This document shows positions 40,360 to 51,753 of a stretch of DNA of 64,000 bases, one piece after another. The DNA is from Eledone cirrhosa. Lineage: Eukaryota. The notes beneath the pieces are model-generated. The model was not told the origin of the DNA and did not search any database. It saw only the letters and a program-made list of their open reading frames with translations. Location of the stretch: NCBI GenBank assembly GCA_964016885.1, contig OZ024742.1:281108001-281172000 (forward strand), written 5' to 3'. The position numbers were made by a program, and so were the translations under genes. The first letter of the stretch is position 1, and each line of letters starts with the position of its first letter.

Positions 40360-42352
40360 ATGGCTAATTCACCTCTGCACGAAGCAGCTGAAAGCCTTCC
40401 TCACAAATTAACACCTCACACCGACACCACCATTGTAAATGTTACTACGTTTGCCAACACAAAACAAATATAAGCAGTAGCAATATTTTAAATTTGTCTC
40501 AGGCAGACATTCATTTCCCGCCATTACCAATGACTGCAGGTGTTAAAGCCTCCACCACCACCGCGACAACCACCACCCCCACCACCACCGCGACAACAGA
40601 AACAAAAGAAGAAAAAAATAAATTAACTCGTGATGTCGAAATGAAATCAAGCAAAATGGACTCTTCCGCACCGAAGACGAATGACGTCACCACCACCACA
40701 ACTGAAACAAAAATTAAGATTACCACAAATAACGATAGCAACAACAACAACAATGACATTATAAAACCGACCCTCAGTTTCGCCATCGTAGCAAAACAAT
40801 TCGAAGCGTTCACGGTAACTCAAGAAGATTTAGAAAATGCCAAACAAATGGTAAAGAAAGATGGGTACAGGGTCAGCCTCACCCCCCCCCACACCTAATA
40901 AAATGGAGCATCGGCGCCTGTGCACCGTGTCGTATAGAACAATAAATGTAAAATCGCGCCGAGTGGAACGGGCATCCGAGTCCCAAATCCAAAAAGCTTT
41001 GGGACATGTGTGGGCAAGAAAAACCCACATCAGACGTGGGAAAAGTATGGAACCGTGGATGTGTTCTTTGAAACACCAGAGGAGGCTAGAGGACACTCCA
41101 TGGCCCCATTAAAAAGTGACGACCTCACACTCGTCCCAAGCTATTGTGGCCAGAGACTCGTAAAGGTCAGGGTGACCCACGTTCCACCGGCCATCGAAAT
41201 TCCCTGGCTAATAGCGGCTGTCCTCGCCGGCATCGAAGCCAACACGAAAATAATAGCAGTAGCAAAAGAAAAGCAGGAAAACTGGTCCGGTTCTGGGATG
41301 GAGCTCCTGATCCAAGCGGACCAAAAAAGCATTGAGGAGATCCCAGAGGTAATAGACCTCACTGACGGCAGCCACCTCACGGTAATTGTCGAGGGCAGAA
41401 GACCTAGGTGTGTCGTTTGTGGTGAAGGAACCCACCTAAGGGCTTTCTCTTCCCTCAGGTTAAAAGGTTGAGGCCACCTCTCCTACCCACACCAGTGACA
41501 CAACCATCAACACCACCAGTAGCAGAGATGGCAGCAACAACTGTAGCAGCAACAACAGAAGCAACTATAACAGCAACAACCCCAGCAATAGTAGCAAAAC
41601 CAACACCACAACCACCACCAGCAAAACCAACACCACCACCACCCAACGCTTCAGAACTAGCACCAGCGCCTACACCATCCACCACACCACAACCAAAAGT
41701 AACGGCTGTGGAGGATTTTCCACTCCCCGGCCTATCACAACTGGAGACAGATTGTGACGACGAGGAGTGGGAAACGATATCCGGAAAAAAAAAAGAAACC
41801 AAAAAAGAAAAAAATTCTCTTCCTTCCCCCTCCAAAAACAAAATACAGAGGGAAACAAATAAACTAAGAGACAAAAAAGTTAGGACAGATATGCCACCAT
41901 CCACACCAGCATCACCAACCCCATCAACCCAAACACCAACACCATCACCATCATTATCCCCAGCACCACCATCACCTACACCACAAAAGTCACCAAAATG
42001 CGAAACAGAAACAAACCCACAACAAACGCAAACAAAACAAAACAACCAAAACGATACACACTACACAGCATTAAATTTGAACAACAAGCAATTATTACAC
42101 TACATCCAACACAACACCAGCATCACAGAAAAAGACTACACAACAACCCCAAAATTCACACCACCTCCACACATACAAATCACTCGCATCACACAGATAA
42201 CGTACATGACACTAAAACAAAAATTCCCCAAAGACATCGGAGACTTCCGACAAGCACTCTCCAGGAGGATTTATAAGGACATCCTTCCTGAGAAGGCCAC
42301 AAGCAGTGAAAAGGATGGAAAAGCCGTCCTTCCCTTACGAGAAGTAAGGTAA
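40360..42352 (+). pseudogene. ORF1 of C3, frameshifted (start uncertain)
   Basis: CTVSYRTINVKSRRVERASESQIQKALG, LVPSYCGQ, EGRRPRCVVCGEGTHLRAF; ends ...LPLREVR*. Confidence 0.78.
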
Positions 42353-45300
42353 GTGGTCTTTCCCATCTTTTCCACTCCTTTTCAACATGACCTCACTCAG
42401 AATAGGCAGCATAAATGCGCGTGGCTTGGGGGTCGTCATGGAAGCAGGGTCACCTGCTCAACGACCTCAGGTCACTAAACATAGATGTAGTGGCCATCAG
42501 CGAGACCAGAATCTCCGAAGCACAGGCTTTCGCACCGATCTTCGGCGGCTACGATGTGTACGCATCTCCCAGCCGTCCGGGATCGGGGGGAAGAGTTGCT
42601 GTGCTTTTTCGGAGAGGTTTGGATCTTGCCATACGGGCCATCTTCCTGGACCCAGAAGGTAAGTTGGTGGTGCTGGACGTGACCAGCGGAGACGGGCAAG
42701 CTTTCAGGTTAGTGGCCGTCTATGCCCCGACAGGAGCAGGGCGGCCTGATTTCTTCCGGCGTCTGGAGACCTTTCTTGGAACGTCTCGCTCTTTAGTGTT
42801 AGTGGGCGACTGGAACGGGATCTTAGATGCACGCTGGGATTGTGTGGGATTAGTGGATAGGGAAGGAGGGTGCAAGAGTCTCACCAACCTGCTCAGACGT
42901 TTTGAACTGTCTGACAGGTACCGAATGGATTTCCCGAATGTACCAATGTGGACTTGGACAAATCGCATAGGGTCATCCAGATCATATCTAGATAGAGTAT
43001 TTTGTAGGGAAATAGATAGGTCTAGCATAGGCTGTCCACAATTCAAGATAGTCAGCTACACGGACCACAAATTCGTGACCTGTGTGCTTGACTTAGATAG
43101 GCTTCATAGACGAGGACCCGGCTACTGGAAACTAAACGCGTCCTTATCAGCGCGCAAGGCCTACAGAGACCGGATTAGCGAACTAGTTAAGCGGGCGTTG
43201 ACGGGGGCCATCGTCAACAACAAGTGGTGGTTTGCTCTGAAAAGAGCAATTAGAATAGAGTCCATTAGGTTTAGTAAGACTTTAACAATAGAGAAAAATA
43301 GAGCAGAGGGAGAATTAGTTAGAAAATTAGATGAGGCGCTTAGCAAAGGCATCGCGACCGACGTACTTGCGGCGAAATTGGCCCTTGACCAATTCTTCAA
43401 TGCAAAGCACGAAGGCTGCGTTGTCAGAGCTAGGGTGCGTGCTCTCAGACACGAGGGGACAAAAGCCGTTCAATGGGCCCGAGTGGCGGAGGCGCGTCGT
43501 GGCAACAAAGCCACGATCCGGTCTTTGGTGGACCACGACGGGCGCATGCTACTCGATCCCGGGCAAATGTGTGAAGCTTTTCAGCGACACTTCGCTCAAC
43601 TGTTCGGGGGCAGTGGCGGGCCGGATCGAGGGATGGACTTTAGTGTCTACCTCGACGGACTGCCGCGGCGTTCGGCCACTGAGGCGGAGTGTTGCGAAAA
43701 GCCGATAACAACCGCTGAAGTACGGGATGCAATGACTAGTTGCACAAGGGGTAAATCGCCTGGTTTGGATGGTCTGCCCTATGAACCTTACGTACAAATG
43801 TCAAACTTGTTCGGAGGCCTCTTGGCGGACGTCTACTGCAACTGGCAACAGAACGGGAGAATTCCCAGCTCTGTGAGCCGAGGAGCGGTGGCGCTGCTGA
43901 GAAAGGATCCGAACAAGGGGGATAACATAGACAATTTTAGGCCCATAACTCTGCTAAACACAGAGTTCAAGATTTTGGCCAAGGTGCTAGCAAAGAGGTT
44001 GGCGCTTGTCGTTGGTGGTCTGGTGGGAGAGGCACAGACATGCGCCATTCCCGACAGATCCATCCACGACAACCTCCACCTCATGCGATACATCGTAGAG
44101 AGGGTAGCTAGGGAACCTGGCACGGGTGGGTCTTTGATCAATTTAGATCAGTCGAAAGCCTTCGATAGGGTCGACCATCGTTACCTAACGGCAGTCCTGA
44201 GCGCGGCTGGCTTTGGGCCCGTCTTCAGAGGCTGGATCGCTGCCATGCACAGCGACATCTGCTCTGTAGTGAGAGTGAACGGTCACCTTTCGGAACCGTT
44301 CAACCTCATGCGCTCGGTCCGCCAAGGTTGTCTCCTCACGTCCCTATTGTACGTATTGACTCTCGAGCCATTACTGCACAAACTGGAGACGTTGAGGGGG
44401 GTCCCGCGCGAACTAGGATGCGGAAGATCCGTGTCAGCATATGCCGACGATGTCACCGTAGTGGTGTCGAACGCGAAACACATCGAGGCGATCGGCACTA
44501 CACTAAGAGAATACGAAGCGGTGACAGGAGCAATGATCAACCAGGAAAAGTCAGTGGGCCTGCAGCTCAGCACCTGGAGAGGCAGGTCCATGCCGTCCAA
44601 CAGCGTCGTCGGGCGCTGGACGGACGGACCGTTTAAATTGCTAGGGGTCTGGTTCGGTCCAGACTTCCAGACGGACAAAAACTGGGACGAGGTGACGAGC
44701 AGGGTGGCTTATCTTACCCAGAAATGGGCCGAGAGTAAGCTATCCTAGAAAGGTCGAGCGGAGGTGGCAAATGCGTACATCGCATCCGTCATCTACTACC
44801 GCCTGACCGTCGTACCTTGTCCTAAGCTCCGCCTGCCTGCGCTGGAGCGTTTGCTCTTTCGCTTCTTGTGGAAGGGACGCGCTCCGATGGTCAGGCGGTC
44901 CATCTGCTGTCAACACCCGCTACGTGGAGGGCTGGGCGTGCCGTGGCTGATGATGCGCAGACACGCGCTCAGGCTACGACATCTCCACCTCTTCCTCGAC
45001 GGTGATCAGGTGTGGTCGCCGTTTGCAAGACACGTTTTTCCCCAGCTCGTCTCCTTGACGGAGCTGCAGTCCTGGGTCAAGCGAAGACCGAGAGGGAGCG
45101 CTTGGAGACTGGAATGTCTTCAGTCGCTCACAGCCCTCGACCAATCGGGCAATGTGATCGGTGGAAACTCCACCTTGGCGTTCTATAGGGGATTAGTGGA
45201 GGGGATGAGCGACGACGTACTTGGAGAAACTCTAGGCGTCGACGAAAATCAACTAGCCAATCTCTTCGGAAGGACTTTCGGGCCAGGGCCTATGGACAAC

Positions 45301-45964
45301 TTCCAGAAATCCCTGGCCTGGCAGTGCTACCGAGGAGCTTTGCCAGTTCGGGATAAACTCTACAGGCATGGAGGTGCCGTCAGCCGGGCATGTCCGAGAT
45401 GCGCGCAAGGCGACGAAACCGTCCTGCACGCACTCGTCCAGTGTCCGAGCATTGCTGACTTGTGGGTTTATGTCGAACACCTGCTGTCACGTGTAGGACG
45501 GATCCAGCTATCAGCTGAGTCCATCGTGAGGATTGCCCCGCCCCCTTCCTTTAGCCTGGAAGGGCAGGCAGTTTTTATCTGTCTGGTGGCCATGGCGAAA
45601 GAGATAGTATGGTGGACACGTTTGAAAGGGCTGAAGACGAGCACTTACCTCTTCGGTGATGCCCTGATTAACTTTTTCAAATTTCATTTGAAAAGGAAAA
45701 TCAGGGTAGAGAGGGAAGTGCTCTCTTCCCAGCATTTTGTTGAAAGATGGGTGAGAGAAGCAAGTATGGCCCGAATGAATGGGCCTTCTCTGAGTATGTG
45801 TCTGTAAATTAAAGGTAGAAAACTGGGGGAGGGCACTTGCCCTGGTGGTCAGGGCCACTGTGGTCTTTTAATGGGCTTTCTCTACAAATGTCCCTTGGAA
45901 GTCTCCCCCCTATTGGGGAATTTTTCTTTGTTATTTTATTTCAACCTCTGTTTTTTACACGCAG
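42349..45964 (+). other. Putative spliceosomal intron spanning all of ORF2 (equivalents 24115-27730 and 36429-40027)
   Basis: Donor AG|GTAAGT at the ORF1 stop; acceptor ttttttacacgcag| in the 3' UTR; the join keeps the ORF1 frame open to a stop just before AATAAA. Confidence 0.5.
42387..45807 (+). pseudogene. ORF2 APE-RT of C3, nearly intact (one frameshift near 42430, one TAG at 44746)
   Basis: 777 aa and 347 aa pieces in the same frame; full APE, RT and CCHC motifs. Confidence 0.93.
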
Positions 45965-46048
45965 AAATGCCCATTTGTACCGTCCTGTATTGTCCTGTAC
46001 TGTCCTTAATGTCTACTTTATGTGAACCCTTGTGGTTAATAAAGAAAA

Positions 46049-46049
<1 letters not shown>

Positions 46050-46118
<69 letters not shown>
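46050..46118. repeat. (ATT)n tract between C3 and B2 (tail-to-tail)
   Basis: Direct inspection; equivalent tracts at 17468-17490, 27816-27848, 32042-32095, 34112-34130, 40113-40151, 50437-50476, 51717-51752, 56609-56633 and 56821-56860. Confidence 0.95.
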
Positions 46119-46119
<1 letters not shown>

Positions 46120-49100
46120 TTTGAGTCTCAGTCATTGATGTTAGTTAACTGGAAAGTTTGTTGAAATGAATATCAAGCCACTACCTGCAGCCTCAGATAT
46201 TCAGGACGTATTGGAGGGTTCTTGCTGTTCCCAGCAAGCATGCCTTTGAAGCGTTCCAAAAAGCGTGGCGGGGACAATTTTCTTTAACCATCCCTGGAAA
46301 CTTTTTGAGATAGTCCCCAGTGCGCCTATGACAATCGGGACCACTTTGACTTCATGGCAGTTCTAAATCCTTTTTACCTCCCACTTTAAGTCCTGGTATC
46401 GGTTAATTTTCTCCCTCTCCTTCTCTTGCACTCTCGTGTCGGATGGGCAGGCCACATCCACAATCTGGCACGATCTTTTTTCTTTGTCCACAACCACCAG
46501 GTGAGGTCTATCGTGTTCCAGTTTCTTGTCCGTCTGTATCCTAAAATCTCACAGCACCTTCACCTGATCGTTTTCTATCACCGCCTCTGGCTTATGCTCA
46601 TACCACTTCTCAGAATGTGGTAAATTGTTTACTTTGCATAGGTGCCAGTGGATCACCCTGCCCATCATATCATGTCTCCAGCCCTTATAGTGAGTCTCGG
46701 CTAGGTGTTTACACTCGGATTCAATGTGAGCCACAGTCTCCTCTCTCTCTCTCCACAGATCCTGCACAGTGGGCTAGCCTCCTCCTTGTAAATATGGTGT
46801 TTCAACCACTTCGTTTTGAGGGCCTGCTCCTGCGCAGCCATTAACATTCCTTCTGTAGCCTTTTTAAGGTCTCCTCTTTTCAACCAGTTCCATGTCTGTG
46901 GATCTCTGAATTCAGTATTCTCAAAGAAGGTACTATGAAGGGATTTTTCCTGAAGGCTGCTCTTTCTCCTTGATGTTATTTCCTCCTTGGACATCCCCTT
47001 GTCTATTGTCACCTCCTTCAGTACTGTTCTGAGCATTGGCTCCTTACTATCAGTCTCGTATTTGTGTAGGTTGTTTTTCTACATCTGAACACAGTCCTCT
47101 ATGCTGATAAGACCTCTTCCACCTTCAGATCTCCTTAAGTAGAGTCTATCGACATCACTCCTCTTGTGGAACATGTTGTAGATAGTCGATAGCTTCCTAG
47201 TCTTCCTATCCATTTATTTTTGTTCGGCAACATCCCATCTCAGAATTCCCGCACTGTAACTAATAATAGACACAGCTCGGGAATTTACTGCACTTATGGT
47301 ATTCCTACTGTTCAGATGTGACTTTAATACGCTCCTTACTCTCCGAATCTATTCAGTTCTTATCAATTCCTTTTTTTTTGTTCTTTATGTCATGAGCCTC
47401 CAGAACACCCAAATACTTGTATCCTTCTTCAGTGTCAATTTCCTTTATCATCTCACCTGTTGGTACCTGGATTCCGTTACTTCTGCTCAATTTACCTCTC
47501 TTCATCACAAGGACTCCACATTTACTAATACCAAATTGCATACATATATCAGTGCTGAAAATACGGACAGTGTCAACAAGCACATCCAACTCCTTCTCAC
47601 TCTCCCCGAAGAGCTTAAGATCGCCCATGAAGAGGATGTGATTGATGGTAAGCCCGCCCTTTCCCAACCTGTATCCTGCTCTCACTTTTCGCAGTACACT
47701 GGTCAGGGGCATCAGGGCAAGGACAAACAACAGAGGGGACAGACTATCTCCTTGGAAGATACTTCTCTTGATCTTCACGCTTCCCAAGGATTCTCCAGCT
47801 GATGTTAACTCTGTTTCCCAGGACTTCATACTTTTTCCCAACAACTGTCTGATGTTATCTGCGACCTTGAAGATCTCTAGGCTTTTGGTGATCCAAGAAT
47901 GAGGCACCATGTCAAATACCTTTGTGTAGTCTATCCATCCCATGGCAAGACCAGTGTGTCTCCTCTTGCAATTCCTCATTACCATTTTATCAATAAGTAA
48001 CTGGACCTTTGTACCACCTGACTTCTTTCGGCATCCTTTCTGTTCGTCCGGTAACAAGTTGTTTGTGTGGAGGTGATGGTAGATTTCCTCAGACATAATT
48101 TGTTCTACTTTTGGCACCAGGCCAGCAATTATCCCAGTTTATTACTGGTACTTTATTTTATCGACCCCGTAAGGATGAAAGGCAAAGTTAACCTCGGCGG
48201 GATTTGAACTGAGATCATAAAGGGAGGTAACTCTATGCTTCAAAGCATGGCGCCCGACCCTTTATCGATACTGCCAATCCGTTGTCAACAGTTTCCACAT
48301 TACGGACAGACATGCGATAGGTCTATATTTGGTAACATCATTACTCTTGATTCGGTCGTTCATTATCAGAAATGTGGTACCTTTTGTCAACCACTCTGGT
48401 ACCTCACCTGACATCAAGCCGTCATTGAACATGGTTGTCAGTTTCGTGTGGAAGAGATGTTATATTTTTAATGCAATACCCCTGCACACCATCTGGGCCA
48501 GGTGATTTCCTGTTGGTTAGTTTTTTGCCCTGCCCCTTAAGAGTTTCAACTGTGATACTCAAATCAGTTTGTTGTTGTGCCTGTTCAATAATCTCCTTCT
48601 GTACTGTCTCAATCCACACTGCCTGGTCATTATGTTTAACATCCTGCTCCCATATTCCTCTCCAGAATGTTTTAGTTTGTTTCGCCCCAGGGATCAAGTC
48701 GTTGCCTCTTTCTTTCGCTTCAAGCTGTCCAAACAGCATCTTCTGGTTGTTGTGGAACATGCGGTTCTGTCTATACTGACTGACTCTGTTCTCGTATCGC
48801 CTGATTTTTGTACTCTTTGCTACAATGCGTTGCTTCAGTTCCTCTATGATAATATTTAGTTTTTCCTCCTAGTTTTGTACTTTATTTCCAGTCTATTTTT
48901 AGTGTCAATATTTTTTAGTGTCCCATTCAGTAGGGACTCAAGCTTTCCAATGTCATTTCTCACTTCCCTGATTTGACCACTCAGTCGTTTCTTCGACCAA
49001 GGCTCTGATCTTTCTCGTTTGTTGTTTCCTCTCGCTTTTATACCAAGTAATTTCCTCACCGTATTTGCTGTTGCTTTGAGGATATTGTTGCACTGGTGAA

Positions 49101-50437
49101 GGCTCCTCGCCTCAAGGTATGGGATGACTTTTTTTACCTTAGCTGTTGTTTCTTTTAACTTGTTCCTGTCTAAAAATATTAGGTTCATAGGTTTCCCACT
49201 ATCATTGTTCAATTCATCTACCACTAAGTTTAGGATATCAACCAAATCTTTCCTAGCCCATCAGCATTCATCTCCTCAGTGGCCGTATCTCTGTTCCAGG
49301 TATTATTTATTTCAGCATTCAGTTCATTGTCTGCTTCGGTTGGTTCCACCGTTCTCTCGACCTCTTCACCTTCATTTCCCACTGGCTCGTTTGCCTGGCA
49401 TACTACACTCTCCATGTCCAAGCTAATCTCTCTGCTCAGTTCCTCCAGTTCCAGCTCGCTTATCCACCTATTAGTTCTTATTACCCGAGCCTGCCCGACC
49501 AATTTTTGTTCATCTAATTTAAATAGACCAATCTCGTTCCAGATGTTATGCATCCGTTTCCTATAGCCTTTCTCCTTGGGGTTACTCTTCAGGTAACATT
49601 GCATAACAGTTCTATTCAATTCTTTCGTCCAGTTTGTTCTCATCCCTTTCCTTCTTCTTCTTCCTCCGACACCAGCAGTATTTGGTTGACAGCCAGGTCC
49701 CTGCTGCTGAGCCAAAGAGCACCTGTTGGGTGAAAGTCTGTCACATGACATTTTAGTCTCCACTTCACCGTTATTCGAACTGTTTAGGTTCGACATTTAA
49801 ACAATCTTATCGAGGATTGGCGAATGTATGGTTACATAACCACCGGTGATTTCATCACCTCCGGTGATTTCGTCACTCCCGGTGATTTTTGGCAGTATCA
49901 CGCTGTAGACGAACATAAATAAACAAACAAACAAACAGGCAAACAAAAAACCCAAAATGAATAAGCATAAGTTTCATTGTAATGTAATGTTTGAATGTCT
50001 GACTTAGTTTTTCCCTTCCCTTCTCTGTCCGTCTGTTTGTTTTTCTCTTCATTTTTCTTTTCTTTACGTTTTTCGTTGTTGCTGTGCTGCTTTGATTTTG
50101 ATTTTGGTTTTTTGGTTTATTTATATACTTTAATGCCTTCCTCTTTTAGTGGGGACACTACGATGTAGCAGGGGTAGTGGTAGAGAATAGCGGCGGTAGT
50201 GATAATGAGGCAGTGGTTGTTGTGGTGGTGGCGTTGCTGTGCTAGTAGTACCTAGCAGGAGGTAGCGGGAGAGAATAGCGGTGGTAGCGATGATGAGGCA
50301 GTGGTGGTGGTGATGTGATCGTAGTACTGTAGTGATGGTGTTGAAGTTGGAGTAGAAATAGAGGTTGAGGTAACATGACCAGAGTTTTTAGCGTGGTAGT
50401 GGTGGTGGTGTTGGTGGTGAAATTATCTTTAGCTATT
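46119..50437 (-). mobile_element. Family B copy B2, near full length, degenerate, SINE-interrupted
   Basis: ORF starts MSNLNSSNNG at 49796; colinear with B1; ATT on both sides. Confidence 0.92.
48098..48280 (-). mobile_element. SINE inserted into the RT region of B2
   Basis: Reverse complement of the SINE at 56637; absent from B1 (29821-29840) and B3. Confidence 0.9.
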
Positions 50438-50476
50438 TATTATTATTATCATTATTATTATTATGATTATTATTAC

Positions 50477-51716
50477 TCTTTGAGTCTCAGTCATTGATGT
50501 TAGTTAAATGGAAAGTTTGTGTCAAGTTTGTGTCAATTTTCTATATCATCTCACCTGTTGGTACCTGGATTACGTTGCTTCTGCTCAATTTACCCCTCTT
50601 CATCACAAGGACTCCACACTTACTAATACCAAATTGCATACATATATCATTGCTGAAAATACGGACAGTGTCAACAAGCACATCCAACTCCTTGTCACGA
50701 TTCCCGAAGAGCTTAAGATCGTCCATGAAGAGGAGGTGATTGATGGTAAGACCTCCCTTTCCCAACTTGTATCCTGCTCTCACCTTTCGCAGTTTAATGG
50801 TCAGGGGCATCAGGGCAAGGACAAACAACAGCGGGACAGACTATCTCACTGGAAGATACCTCTCTTGATCTTACCGCCTCCCAAGAATTCTCCAGCTGAT
50901 GTTAATTCTGTTTTCCAGGGCTTCATACTTTTGCCCAACAACTGTCTGATGTTATCTACCACCTTGAAGATCTCTAGGCTTTTGGTGATCCAAGAATGTG
51001 GCACCATGTCAAATGCCTTTTTGTAGTCTATCCATTCCATGGCAAGAGCAGTGTGTCTCTTCTTGCAATGCCTCATTACCATCTTATCAATAAGTAACTG
51101 GTCCTTTGTACCACGTGACTTCTTTCGGCATCTTTTCTGTTCGTCCTGTAACAAATTGTTTGTGTGGAGGTGATGGTAGATCTCCTCAGACATAATGCTT
51201 GCCAACAGTTTCCACATTACGGACAGACATGTGATAGGTCTATAGTTGGTAACATCATTACCCTTGATTTGGTCTTTCATTACCAGAACTGGGGTACCTT
51301 TTGTCAACCACTCTGGTACCTCACCTGACATCAAGCAGTCATTGAACATGGTTGTCAGTTTCGGGTGGAGGGATGTTATATTTTTAATCCAATACCCCTG
51401 CACACCATCTGGGCCTGTTGATTTCCAGTTGGTTAGATTGTTGGCCTGCCCCTTAAGAGTTCAACTGTGATACTCAAATCAGATTGTTGGTGTACTTGTT
51501 CACTAATCTCCTTTTGTACTGTGTCAATCCACACTGCCTCGTCATTATGTTTAACATCCTGCTCCCATATTCCACTCCAGAAAATTTTAGTTTGTTCCGC
51601 CTCAGGGATCAAGTCGTTGCCTCTTTCTTTCCCTTCAAACTGTCCAAACAGCATCTTCTGGTTGTTGTCAAACATGCGGTTCTGTCTATACTGACTGACT
51701 CTGCTCTCGTATCGCC
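50477..51716 (-). mobile_element. Family B copy B3: 5'-truncated, with ~1.3 kb internal deletion removing the endonuclease
   Basis: The ~45 bp 3' tip is joined directly to RT sequence homologous to ~47432. Confidence 0.88.

Positions 51717-51752
<36 letters not shown>

Positions 51753-51753
<1 letters not shown>

Larger units (their letters stand above)
40152..46049 (+). mobile_element. Full-length Tx1/L1-like LINE copy C3 (ORF1 type 2)
   Basis: (ATT)n on both sides; 5' UTR differs from C2; AATAAA at 46038. Confidence 0.93.

Noticed and set aside
24240-46164. Recurrent antisense or alternative-frame ORFs in C copies (e.g. MNCGQPMLD..., MALTTR...)
   Set aside because: They recur only because the copies are near-identical and GC-rich; there is no independent coding evidence.
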